From Reyranellaceae bacterium (GTDB lineage: Bacteria; Pseudomonadota; Alphaproteobacteria; Reyranellales; JAQSWP01), in NCBI GenBank assembly GCA_050181585.1, contig JBFXDA010000003.1:6155-70154 (forward strand): 64,000 nucleotides of DNA, in the 5' to 3' direction. Position 1 is the stretch's first letter. Every line of letters begins with the position of its first letter. Of this stretch, positions 25,175 through 33,222 are shown in pieces. The position numbers were made by a program, and so were the translations under genes. The notes under the pieces were generated by a model that made no database searches, was not told the DNA's origin, and saw only the letters and a list, made by a program, of their open reading frames with translations.

Positions 25175-25963
25175 TCAACTGCGCGGCAATCCGCTGAAAA
25201 ATTTCGCGCGATCGTTCAGCCGGTACATCAGCATCGACAAATCGTTCTCGCTCAGCAGCACGCGCATGCCCATGCCGGTGTAGCGCGCCCAGTCGGAGGG
25301 CTCCTTCACGCCGCCCATGCCGGCCACCTTGCCGTGCTTGCGGGCGGCGGCGCATACCCTGGCCACGGCGTCGGTCACGCGGTCGTGGCCGTATTGCGAG
25401 GGAATGCCCATTTCGAAGGTCAGGTCGCTGGCGCCCATGAACAGCACGTCGACGCCCTTGACCGCGGCGATGGCGTCGACATTGGCCACCGCCTCGGGCG
25501 ATTCGATCATCACCGTGCAGACGACGTTGTCGTTGAAGACGCCGCACAGCTCGGGCAGCGACTTGCCGGTGTAGCCGAATTGCGGGATCGAGCCGGGCAC
25601 CGAGAGCTTGCCGACCGGCGGATAGCGGCAGGCCATCGCGGCGGCCTCGGCCTCGGCGGCGGTGTTGACATGCGGCACGAAGACGCCCAGCGCCCCGTTG
25701 GAGAGATGGCAGCCGATCTCCGCCGGATTGTTCTGCCGCGCGCGCACGAATGGCAGGACGCCGGCGCGGATGGCGGCGAGATTGATATCGTAGGACCGGT
25801 CGAGCGGCACCGGGCTGTGCTCGTCGTCGGTGAAGAACCAGTGGTAGCCCGCACTGGCCAGCATGGGGCCGATCTCGCTGGTGCGGCTGTGGCGGATGTT
25901 CATGCCGACGACGATCTCGTCGGCTTTCAGGCGCTTGAAGAACGGCAGGTCGATCTTGCTCAT
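25175..25963 (-). CDS. HpcH/HpaI-family aldolase (2-keto-3-deoxy-acid aldolase type), 262 aa
   Basis: An in-frame ATG at 25963 within track ORF 25175..26296 gives MSKIDLPFFKRLKADEIVVGMNIRHSRTSEI. YHWFFTDDEHSP and VMIESPEAV are typical HpcH/HpaI contexts. It is the first gene of the aldolase-dctPQM minus-strand operon. Confidence 0.8.
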   Translation of the reverse strand: MSKIDLPFFKRLKADEIVVGMNIRHSRTSEIGPMLASAGYHWFFTDDEHSPVPLDRSYDINLAAIRAGVLPFVRARQNNPAEIGCHLSNGALGVFVPHVNTAAEAEAAAMACRYPPVGKLSVPGSIPQFGYTGKSLPELCGVFNDNVVCTVMIESPEAVANVDAIAAVKGVDVLFMGASDLTFEMGIPSQYGHDRVTDAVARVCAAARKHGKVAGMGGVKEPSDWARYTGMGMRVLLSENDLSMLMYRLNDRAKFFSGLPRS

Positions 25964-25967
25964 CGCT

Positions 25968-25984
25968 ATTCCATTATTTGGACC
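25968..25984. promoter_or_regulatory. Candidate IclR operator, copy 1 (aTTCCATTATTTGGACC)
   Basis: It matches the perfect palindrome at 26055-26071 at 14 of 17 positions. It lies 5 nt from the aldolase start codon, in the divergent aldolase/iclR region. Confidence 0.45.
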
Positions 25985-26054
25985 TTTGATTGCATCGAGC
26001 CTTGCCGATCCTTGCAACGATGACAATAACGTTGAATAGTTGCCGCAACAGATC

Positions 26055-26071
26055 GGTCCATTATATGGACC
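26055..26071. promoter_or_regulatory. Candidate IclR operator, copy 2 (GGTCCAT-TAT-ATGGACC)
   Basis: This is a perfect 7-bp inverted repeat with a 3-nt spacer. It lies 17 nt upstream of the GTG at 26088, which is preceded by AAGGCGAGG. Confidence 0.5.
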
Positions 26072-26087
26072 GGAAGGCGAGGTTGCG

Positions 26088-26924
26088 GTGTCGGCGGCAG
26101 GATCGGGCAGCCAGTATTCGGGCGGCGCGCAGACGGTGCGGCGCGCGGTGGACGTGCTGCGCTTTCTGGCCACCGGCGGTCCCGATGGCTGGTCGTTGGG
26201 CGACGTCGTCAGCGCCGCCGATCTGACCAAGGGCACCGCGCATCGCCTGCTCTCGGCGCTGATGGCCGAGGATCTGGTCGAGCAGGAACCCAGCACGCGG
26301 CGCTATCGGCTGCGCGTCGATCTGCTCGGCTTGCGGCCGGATATGGACTGGTACGAGCCGCTGCGCCGGCTGGTGGCGCCGATCCTGCGCGAGCTGGCCG
26401 ACGAGCTGGGCGATACGGCGTTCCTGTCGGTGCGCAGCGGCTTCGACGCGCTCTGCATCGCCTGCAAACTGGGCGGGTTTCCCATTCGCACTTTCCCCTA
26501 CGACGAGGGCGAGCGTCGTCCGCTGGGCGTCGGCGCCAGCGGCCTTGCCATGCTGGGCGCGCTCGATCAGGCGAGCGTCGAGCGCGTGCTGAGCTTCAAC
26601 CGCGGCCGCCTGCGGGGGCACAAGAATTTCTCGCCGCAGGAACTGCAGCTCATGGTCGAGCAGACCCGGCGGCGCGGCTATTCCGTGATCGACGGATTGA
26701 TCGTGCCGGGCATGGTGGCGATCGGCATCGTCTTCAGCGATCCGGCGCTACGGCCCAACCTGGCGATAAGCGCCGCCGGCATTGCCGACCGCATGCCGCC
26801 GTCGCGCTGGCCGCAGATCGTTGCCGCCCTGCAACGGGCCCGCGACAGCATCGAAAAAGCGGTGCGGGCGGATATGCGCCGCCGCGGCGCCCAGCGCTCG
26901 GGCCCGCGGCGCCTGCGCGGCTAG
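26088..26924 (+). CDS. IclR-family transcriptional regulator
   Basis: ORF track 26040..26924. The winged-HTH region is VRRAVDVLRFLATGGPDGWSLGDVVSAADLTKGTAHRLLSALMAEDLVEQ. I placed the start at GTG 26088, downstream of the palindrome. TTG 26040 remains possible. Confidence 0.85.
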   Translation: MSAAGSGSQYSGGAQTVRRAVDVLRFLATGGPDGWSLGDVVSAADLTKGTAHRLLSALMAEDLVEQEPSTRRYRLRVDLLGLRPDMDWYEPLRRLVAPILRELADELGDTAFLSVRSGFDALCIACKLGGFPIRTFPYDEGERRPLGVGASGLAMLGALDQASVERVLSFNRGRLRGHKNFSPQELQLMVEQTRRRGYSVIDGLIVPGMVAIGIVFSDPALRPNLAISAAGIADRMPPSRWPQIVAALQRARDSIEKAVRADMRRRGAQRSGPRRLRG

Positions 26925-27056
26925 AACGATCCTGCGGCTGTCGTGCGGAAAAACACCGGCGAGCACTCCAGGAACAATGATGGAGAGCGGTTCGATCTGG
27001 CCAAGGATCGGCGGGAAATGGTAAATCTGGTGGCCGATCGGATCGTGGAGCGTGAG

Positions 27057-27611
27057 ATGAAAGTCAGATTTTTGCCGGCGTTTTGCCTTTTGCTGGCGTT
27101 TTTGCCGGCGTTTGCTTCCCCCGCCAGCGCCGACAGCGCGGCCGAAATCGCCCGCGATTCCAGAGCGGCCCTGAACGAGCTGACGGCGACGAATCACGCC
27201 GCCCGCGCCTTGGCGGCGGAGGCCAAGGGCATTCTGGTGTTTCCCGACATCATCAAGTTCGGGCTGATAGTCGGCGGGCAAGGCGGCGAAGGCGCCCTGC
27301 TGAAGGGCGGCAACGTCGCAGGCTATTATCGCACGGCCTCGGCCTCCTATGGGCTGCAGGCGGGCGTGCAGAAGTTCGGCTATGTGCTCTTCCTCATGAG
27401 CGACCGGGCTCTGGAGTATCTCGACCGCTCGGATGGCTGGGAGCTGGGCGTCGGACCCAGCTTCGTCGTCGTCGATGAAGGGGCCGGCAGAAGCATTACC
27501 TCGACGACGACGCGCAGCGACGTCTATGCCTTCATCTTCGATCAGAAGGGCCTGATGGCCGGCATAGGGCTGCAGGGCACCAAGGTAACGAGATTCTCGC
27601 CGTCGCGCTGA
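27057..27611 (+). CDS. SYLF (Ysc84/DUF500) lipid-binding domain protein, secreted, 184 aa
   Basis: An in-frame ATG at 27057 within track ORF 26943..27611 gives the signal peptide MKVRFLPAFCLLLAFLPAFASPASA. GILVFPDIIKFGLIVGGQGGEGAL is a typical SYLF core. Confidence 0.7.
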   Translation: MKVRFLPAFCLLLAFLPAFASPASADSAAEIARDSRAALNELTATNHAARALAAEAKGILVFPDIIKFGLIVGGQGGEGALLKGGNVAGYYRTASASYGLQAGVQKFGYVLFLMSDRALEYLDRSDGWELGVGPSFVVVDEGAGRSITSTTTRSDVYAFIFDQKGLMAGIGLQGTKVTRFSPSR

Positions 27612-27635
27612 TCGCCGCTTGCGCCGGAGCCCGGC

Positions 27636-28421
27636 TCAGCGCCCTAGCGCCCGTTCGATGCTCTTTGCCGTTTGCCGCAAAGCCGGCAGCAGCGTTTCCT
27701 GCAGCGCGACGTCGTCGAAACGGGCGGTCGGCAGGGTAAGGCTGAGGCCGGCAGCGACCTTGCCGTCGTGTTCCGTCAAGACGACCGCCACGGCGCACAC
27801 GCCTTCGCGCCATTCGCCGCGATTGACGGCATAACCCTGGCGGCGGATTGTCGCCAGCTCGCGGTCGAAGGCGTCGCGTTCGACCACGGTGCTGCGCGTG
27901 TAACGCTGCGGCTGCCAGGCGGCGTCGACGGTTTCGCGATCGGCGAACGCCAGGATGATCTTGCCCAGCGCCGAGCAATGCGCCGGGGCGCGCTGGCCGA
28001 CATAGGTGTCGACGCGCACCGGCTGGGTGCACTCGACCTTCTCGACGATCACCACGCCGTCGCCGTCCAGCACGCCCAGATGCGGGCTTTCGTTGATTCT
28101 CGCCGCCAGCGCGCGCATCGGCTCCAGCGCCACGTCGCGCAGCGCGATGCGGCCCAGCGCCCGGGCGCCGAGCTGCCAGGAGCGCAAGGTCAGCCGGTAA
28201 CGCCCCGACTGCGGCAGCTTCTCGACATAGCCGCGATGCGCCAGGGTCGCCAGGATGCGGAACAGCGTGGCGTTGGAGGATTTCAGCCGCGCCGCCAGTT
28301 CGGTCAGCGCGATCTCCTCGACCTCGGCCAGCGCCTCCAGCACGTCCAGTCCCTTGCCCAGGGTGGCGGTGTAATAGGCCGGTTTTTCCGCCGTGTTCGC
28401 TGCGGCTTTGGCGCGGGCCAT
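27636..28421 (-). CDS. IclR-family transcriptional regulator, 261 aa
   Basis: An in-frame ATG at 28421 within track ORF 27636..28529. The HTH region is LGKGLDVLEALAEVEEIALTELAARLKSSNATLFRILATLAHRGYVEK. Confidence 0.85.
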   Translation of the reverse strand: MARAKAAANTAEKPAYYTATLGKGLDVLEALAEVEEIALTELAARLKSSNATLFRILATLAHRGYVEKLPQSGRYRLTLRSWQLGARALGRIALRDVALEPMRALAARINESPHLGVLDGDGVVIVEKVECTQPVRVDTYVGQRAPAHCSALGKIILAFADRETVDAAWQPQRYTRSTVVERDAFDRELATIRRQGYAVNRGEWREGVCAVAVVLTEHDGKVAAGLSLTLPTARFDDVALQETLLPALRQTAKSIERALGR

Positions 28422-28470
28422 GCGTGTTCTTGACCTTGGACGGGGAGGCGCGTATGGAATCTGACAGAAA

Positions 28471-28485
28471 TGAAAATCGTTTTCA
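28471..28485. promoter_or_regulatory. Candidate operator TGAAAA-TCG-TTTTCA between iclR and the PhyH-family gene
   Basis: This is a perfect 6-bp inverted repeat with a 3-nt spacer. An extra half-site TGAAAACGA lies at 28491-28499. The element sits in a 101-bp divergent intergenic region. Confidence 0.45.
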
Positions 28486-28522
28486 ATAAATGAAAACGAG
28501 GCAAAGTGAGGGAGGAAACGCC

Positions 28523-29365
28523 ATGGCATCGGTCCTCAGCCCCGAACAGTTGCGCCAGTACGAGCGCGACGGTCTGGTTTTCGTGCGCAAGCTGTTCGAC
28601 GCGGAGGAAGTCGACCTGCTGCGCCGCGCCATGGAAGAAGATCCGGCGATCCGCGACCACACCATCGGGCGGCCCGACGCCGACGGCAAGATCACGCGCA
28701 TCTCGCTGTGGAACCGGGCCGGCGACAGCGTCTACGGGCTGGCGGCGCGCTGCGATCGCATGGTCGATACCGCCGAAGCGCTGATCGGCGAGGAGGTCTA
28801 TCACTACCAGTCGAAGCTGACCGCCAAGGAGCCCTTCACCGGCGGCGCCTGGGAATGGCACCAGGATTACGGCTACTGGTACTACAATGGCTGCCTGCGG
28901 CCGGACATGTTCTCCTGCATGATCGCGCTCGACCGCAGCGACCGCCACAATGGCTGCCTGCAGATCGTCAAGGGCTCGCACCGGCTGGGCCGCATCGACC
29001 ATGTGCCTGTGTCGGACAAGCAGAACGCGGCCGACCCGGAGCGCATGAAGCACATACTGGAGAAGCACGAGCTGGTCTATTGCGAGCTCGATCCGGGCGA
29101 TGCGGTGTTCTTCCACGCCAACGCCCTGCACCGTTCCGACCAGAACCGCTCGCCCAACCGGCGCTGGACGCTGCTGATCTGCTACAACGCGGCCAGCAAC
29201 GACGCCTATGTGCGCGAGGACGACCGCTCCTACGTCAAGCTCGACCGCGTCGACGACGGCGCCATCAAGCGCGCGGGGCTGAAATTCTCGACCGGCGATC
29301 TGGAGCATTTCGCCAGCAAGCCCTTCGTGCCCGATGTCGGGCGCTCTGCGGCGGCGGGCGACTGA
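28523..29365 (+). CDS. Phytanoyl-CoA dioxygenase (PhyH) family Fe(II)/2-oxoglutarate oxygenase, 280 aa
   Basis: An in-frame ATG at 28523 follows GGGAGGA. The N-terminus is MASVLSPEQLRQYERDGLVFVRKLF. WHQDYGYW provides the HxD facial-triad context, and HANALHRSDQN provides the distal His. Confidence 0.8.
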   Translation: MASVLSPEQLRQYERDGLVFVRKLFDAEEVDLLRRAMEEDPAIRDHTIGRPDADGKITRISLWNRAGDSVYGLAARCDRMVDTAEALIGEEVYHYQSKLTAKEPFTGGAWEWHQDYGYWYYNGCLRPDMFSCMIALDRSDRHNGCLQIVKGSHRLGRIDHVPVSDKQNAADPERMKHILEKHELVYCELDPGDAVFFHANALHRSDQNRSPNRRWTLLICYNAASNDAYVREDDRSYVKLDRVDDGAIKRAGLKFSTGDLEHFASKPFVPDVGRSAAAGD

Positions 29366-29375
29366 CCGAAGCGCG

Positions 29376-30104
29376 CTACGCCAGCGGTCCCAGCCCGACC
29401 AGCCCCAGCCGGATGCGCCGGTTGTGGCGGCCCTTGTTGTCGATCTTCAGGATCTTCAGCGGGCGCGAATTGCCGGTATTGGCCAGATGCGTGCCGCCGC
29501 AGGCCTGGCGGTCCAGCCCGTCGATCTCGACGATGCGGATCAGCCCGTCGGCGGCGGGCGGCGGGGCGACGGAACGGCTGCGGATCAGGCCGGGCGTGTT
29601 CTGCGCCTCCTCCTGGCCGACATAGACGCAGTTCACCGCCAGGTCCTGGCGCATCGCCTCGTTGATCGGGCCTTCCAGGGCGCGCAGCTTCTCGTTGTCG
29701 GCCTGCGGCAGGTCGAAATCCATGCGCGCCGTGCCGTCCTCGTTCATCTGCACGCCGGTGACCAGCGCGCCGTCGAAGTTCTGGAACACCAGCGCGTTGA
29801 GGATATGCGTGCCGGTGTGCATCTCGCGCATCATCTGGCGGAAACCGGCATCGGCCTCGATCACGACGGCGCCGGCGGCCTCGACCGGATCGGCCAGCAC
29901 GTGCCAGAGCTGGCCGCCGCTCAGTTCAAGGCCGATGACCGCGCTCTCGCCGCCCGACCAGCGCAAGATGCCGCGATCGGGGAGCTGGCCGCCGCCGCCG
30001 GGATAGAGTGGCGACTGCTTCAGCCGCACGCGGCCGGGCGCGGCGTCGAGGATTTCGGTTTCCAGCGACAGGGTTTCGGGATGGTCGTGGCAGAAATAGC
30101 GCAT
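29376..30104 (-). CDS. AlaX-type alanyl-tRNA editing domain protein, 242 aa
   Basis: An in-frame ATG at 30104 within track ORF 29376..30764. The zinc motifs HTGTHILN and CGGTHL are typical of the threonyl/alanyl-tRNA synthetase second additional domain. Confidence 0.75.
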   Translation of the reverse strand: MRYFCHDHPETLSLETEILDAAPGRVRLKQSPLYPGGGGQLPDRGILRWSGGESAVIGLELSGGQLWHVLADPVEAAGAVVIEADAGFRQMMREMHTGTHILNALVFQNFDGALVTGVQMNEDGTARMDFDLPQADNEKLRALEGPINEAMRQDLAVNCVYVGQEEAQNTPGLIRSRSVAPPPAADGLIRIVEIDGLDRQACGGTHLANTGNSRPLKILKIDNKGRHNRRIRLGLVGLGPLA

Positions 30105-30187
30105 GGCGGCGGCGGTTTCGCTCCGGTTCGAGGGTGAGGAGCGAGTGTCGCCGCTTCCGGGGCGGGGCGTATTGGCGAAAATTGAAC

Positions 30188-31018
30188 TCAGCCGAAAGCG
30201 GCGGCGCGGTACTGCAGCGGGGTGATGCCGTAGGCGCGCTTGAAATGGCGGGTCATGGCGCTCTGGTCGTAGAAACCGGCCTCGGCGGCGACGACGGCCA
30301 GCGGCGTGCCATGCTTCAGCGCCCGGCAGGCGGCGCGCAGGCGCAGATTGGTGAGATAGGCGTGCGGGCTCAAGCCGGTGCCGCGGTTGAACAGGCCGAT
30401 GAGCTGGAACTGCGTCAGCCCCGCTTCCGCCGCCAGCGTTTCCAAGGTCAGCGGCTGGGCATGGTCCTGGCGCATGCGCGCGATGCTGCGGTTCAGCAGC
30501 GTCCGATCCGGCGGCGCCAGGGCGATGCCGTGCGGCCTGCTGCCATGGCGGGCGAACAGCTTGCCGAAGGAGCCGACCAGCAATTCCCGTTGGCGCAAGG
30601 CGTCGGCGTCCTGCGCCAGGGCGGCGTGCAGGCGCAGGAAGCCCGCGATCAGGTCGGAGTCGGTGAAGAGATTGGCGGTGAAATAGGGGATGCGCCGCAG
30701 CCCGAGGCCCTTGCGCACCGTCTCCAGCGCCGAGTGCGTGAGATAGAAGGAGCGATAGCGCCACAGATCGCTCCAGCCCATCCAGCCGGCATGCGGCTCG
30801 TCGGGGTTGAAGACGAACAGCGTGCCGGTCGTGGCGCGCTGGACGGCGCCGCGGCTCTTCACTTCCGAGCCGCCTTCCTCGGTGACGGCCAGCACCAGCG
30901 CGTCGTGGGCGTGCGGGGCGAATTCCTGGGTGCGGAAATCGGCGCGCATCAGCGTCAGCCCCGGCACGCTGGCGGCGCGGCGGTACTCGGCGCGGTTATG
31001 GCGGTCGATGCGCGGCAT
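30188..31018 (-). CDS. AraC-family transcriptional regulator, 276 aa
   Basis: ORF track 30188..31018. The C-terminal dual HTH includes LTLETLAAEAGLTQFQLIGLF and HFKRAYGITPLQY. Confidence 0.85.
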   Translation of the reverse strand: MPRIDRHNRAEYRRAASVPGLTLMRADFRTQEFAPHAHDALVLAVTEEGGSEVKSRGAVQRATTGTLFVFNPDEPHAGWMGWSDLWRYRSFYLTHSALETVRKGLGLRRIPYFTANLFTDSDLIAGFLRLHAALAQDADALRQRELLVGSFGKLFARHGSRPHGIALAPPDRTLLNRSIARMRQDHAQPLTLETLAAEAGLTQFQLIGLFNRGTGLSPHAYLTNLRLRAACRALKHGTPLAVVAAEAGFYDQSAMTRHFKRAYGITPLQYRAAAFG

Positions 31019-31022
31019 CCGC

Positions 31023-31409
31023 CTAGAGCGGTTTCACGGCATCGGCCTGGATCTCGATCAGCATTTCCGGCCAGGGCAGCTCCATGCCGTAGAACAGCGT
31101 CGAGGCCGGCCGCGCCGCGCCCAGGAATTTCTCGCGGATCGGCCGGTACAGCGGCGCGTCGCTCTTGCGCACGATGTATTGCGTGACCTTCACGATGTCG
31201 TCGACCCCCATGTCGGCCTGCTCCAGGGCGGCCAGCACGTTCTTCCACGCCCATTCCGCCTGGACCGCGAACTCGGGCGAGAGCTTGCCGTCCGGGTCGA
31301 AACCCGGCGTGCCCGAAGTGGTGACGTAGCGCGCCGGCCCCTGCCATTGCACCGCATCGCTGTAGAGCGCGATTCTTTTCGCGATGCCGGTGTCGATGTT
31401 TCTGCGCAT
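31023..31409 (-). CDS. RidA/YjgF/UK114-family protein, 128 aa
   Basis: An in-frame ATG at 31409 within track ORF 31023..31808. The size and the C-terminal pattern (STLFYGMELPWPEMLIEIQADAV) fit the YjgF fold. Confidence 0.7.
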   Translation of the reverse strand: MRRNIDTGIAKRIALYSDAVQWQGPARYVTTSGTPGFDPDGKLSPEFAVQAEWAWKNVLAALEQADMGVDDIVKVTQYIVRKSDAPLYRPIREKFLGAARPASTLFYGMELPWPEMLIEIQADAVKPL

Positions 31410-31450
31410 GGCGTTCCTCCGTCTTGCCGGGCGGAGCAGAATAGCGCTGC

Positions 31451-32434
31451 TCAGGCGTCTTCCTTGGCCGGCCGGTTGAACGGGGCGAAGGCCTCGATCA
31501 AGAGGCGCCGCCACCAGCGATGGCCGGGATCGTTCTGGAAGCGCTGGTGCCACCACATGTATCCCTCCGCCCGCGGCATGGGAAGCGGCGCCGGCCGCAG
31601 GGCGGCGCCGAAATGCGCCCGGGCGAAGTCGCCGATGGCGCGCGGCACCGTCGAGATCAGGTCGGAGCCGGCCACGATCGCCGGGGCGCCGATGAAGGCC
31701 GGCACGGTCAGCGCGACGCGCCGCGTTTTGCCCAGCTTGGCCAGGGCGCCGTCGACGAAGCCGGTATCGGCGCCGCCCGTGCTGACCAGCAGATGCGCCT
31801 GGGCGCAATAGGCGTCGAGATCGAATTTGCGCCGCAGGGCGGGATGGCCCGCGCGCAGGATGCAGACGAAATCCTCGCTGATGAACCGGGTTTTCATCAG
31901 CGTCCGGTCCAGCGCCATCTGCTGCTCGACTTCGCCCCCGGCCAGCACGGTATCGAGCGCGCCGGCGACCAGCTTGGGGTGCAGGTCCGGCCCGACCGGC
32001 AGGATCCGCACGTCGATGCCCGGGGCCTCCCGGCTCAGCCGCTTCATCAGGGGCGCGATGCCGGTCATGAGCGGGTAATCCACAGTGGAAAGTGTAAAAC
32101 GCCGGCGGGAGGTGGCGGGGTCGAATGCCGGATCGCTTTGCAGCGTGCGTTCCAGTTCGCTCAGGCCGCTGCGCAGCATGGGCGCCAGGCTGGAGGCCAG
32201 CGGCGTCGGCGCCAGCCCGTCGGCGCTGCGTACGAACAATTGATCGTCGTAGAGCGTGCGCAGTTGTTTCAGCGCGTGGCTTACGGCAGGCTGGGTCAGG
32301 TTGAGTTTCTTCGCCGCCCGGGTAACGCTCAATTCGCTGAGCAGGGCGTCGAGGACGAGAAAAAGGCGCAAGTTCGCTTCACTAATATTAGCGCGGCGCA
32401 TGGCAATATGAATTCCGTCTATTTGATTCATCAT
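31451..32434 (-). CDS. LysR-family transcriptional regulator, 327 aa
   Basis: ORF track 31451..32434. The HTH is LSVTRAAKKLNLTQPAVSHALKQLR. It is transcribed divergently from the 32485 gene across 50 bp. Confidence 0.9.
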   Translation of the reverse strand: MMNQIDGIHIAMRRANISEANLRLFLVLDALLSELSVTRAAKKLNLTQPAVSHALKQLRTLYDDQLFVRSADGLAPTPLASSLAPMLRSGLSELERTLQSDPAFDPATSRRRFTLSTVDYPLMTGIAPLMKRLSREAPGIDVRILPVGPDLHPKLVAGALDTVLAGGEVEQQMALDRTLMKTRFISEDFVCILRAGHPALRRKFDLDAYCAQAHLLVSTGGADTGFVDGALAKLGKTRRVALTVPAFIGAPAIVAGSDLISTVPRAIGDFARAHFGAALRPAPLPMPRAEGYMWWHQRFQNDPGHRWWRRLLIEAFAPFNRPAKEDA

Positions 32435-32484
32435 GCCCGTCGCGGGCCAATAGAGCGATAGATTTAATCGAAGGTCAGGGATCT

Positions 32485-33213
32485 ATGAATTTTCAGGGCC
32501 CGCTCGATTTCGAGACCTTTTCCCGGATCGATTTCTACGCCACGCCCCACAAAGGGTTGCGCCGGGCCCTGTACGGCGCGTCGCAGGCGATCGCCGCCGC
32601 CGATCCGTCCGACCAGGCTGCCGTCGATACCGCGCTCGACCTGCTGCACGACACGCTGAAACTGGTCAGCCGGCTGGGAGCCGTCGAATCGGTCCGCATC
32701 CATGCGTTCCTGGAAGCGCTCAGGCCCGGCGCCACCCAGGCGGCGCAGGCCGACAGCGAGCGCCAGACCCTGGCGATCGGCGCGCTGGTGCAGTTGGAGA
32801 AGGAAGTGCGGGCGGCCGACCGCAAGGAGCGTCGGGAATTGCTGGCGACGCTGAATTCTACCTATGCCGGCTTCGTCGGCGAAGTGCTGCAACACCTCTA
32901 CGACGCCGAGATGGAGCTGATGCCGCTGCTGCGCGAGACGGTCTCCTACGAGGAGTTAAACGCCATCCAGCGGCAGATTTTCGCCGATCTGGGCCGCGAC
33001 GCCTTCGTCGCCCTGGTGCGGGAAATCGTGCCGGCGGTTCCGTCCCCCGAGCGGACGGAGTTCCTGTCGACGGTGCAGCGCTGCGCCCCCTCGGCCGTCT
33101 GGCCGTCGATCTGGTGGGCGGTCTGCGCGCTGCTGTCGGAGAACGAGCAGGAGGATTTCACCCGACTGCTCGGCGTCGACTGCGCCCGAATCGGGCTGGG
33201 ACAGGGCTTCTAG
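32485..33213 (+). CDS. Hypothetical protein, possibly hemerythrin-like (HHE cation-binding), 242 aa
   Basis: ORF track 32485..33213. His/Glu spacing patterns (HKGLRRAL, IHAFLEAL, HLYDAEMELMPLL) are reminiscent of hemerythrin-type four-helix bundles. This is an eye-level call only. Confidence 0.45.
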   Translation: MNFQGPLDFETFSRIDFYATPHKGLRRALYGASQAIAAADPSDQAAVDTALDLLHDTLKLVSRLGAVESVRIHAFLEALRPGATQAAQADSERQTLAIGALVQLEKEVRAADRKERRELLATLNSTYAGFVGEVLQHLYDAEMELMPLLRETVSYEELNAIQRQIFADLGRDAFVALVREIVPAVPSPERTEFLSTVQRCAPSAVWPSIWWAVCALLSENEQEDFTRLLGVDCARIGLGQGF

Positions 33214-33222
33214 AATCTTTCC

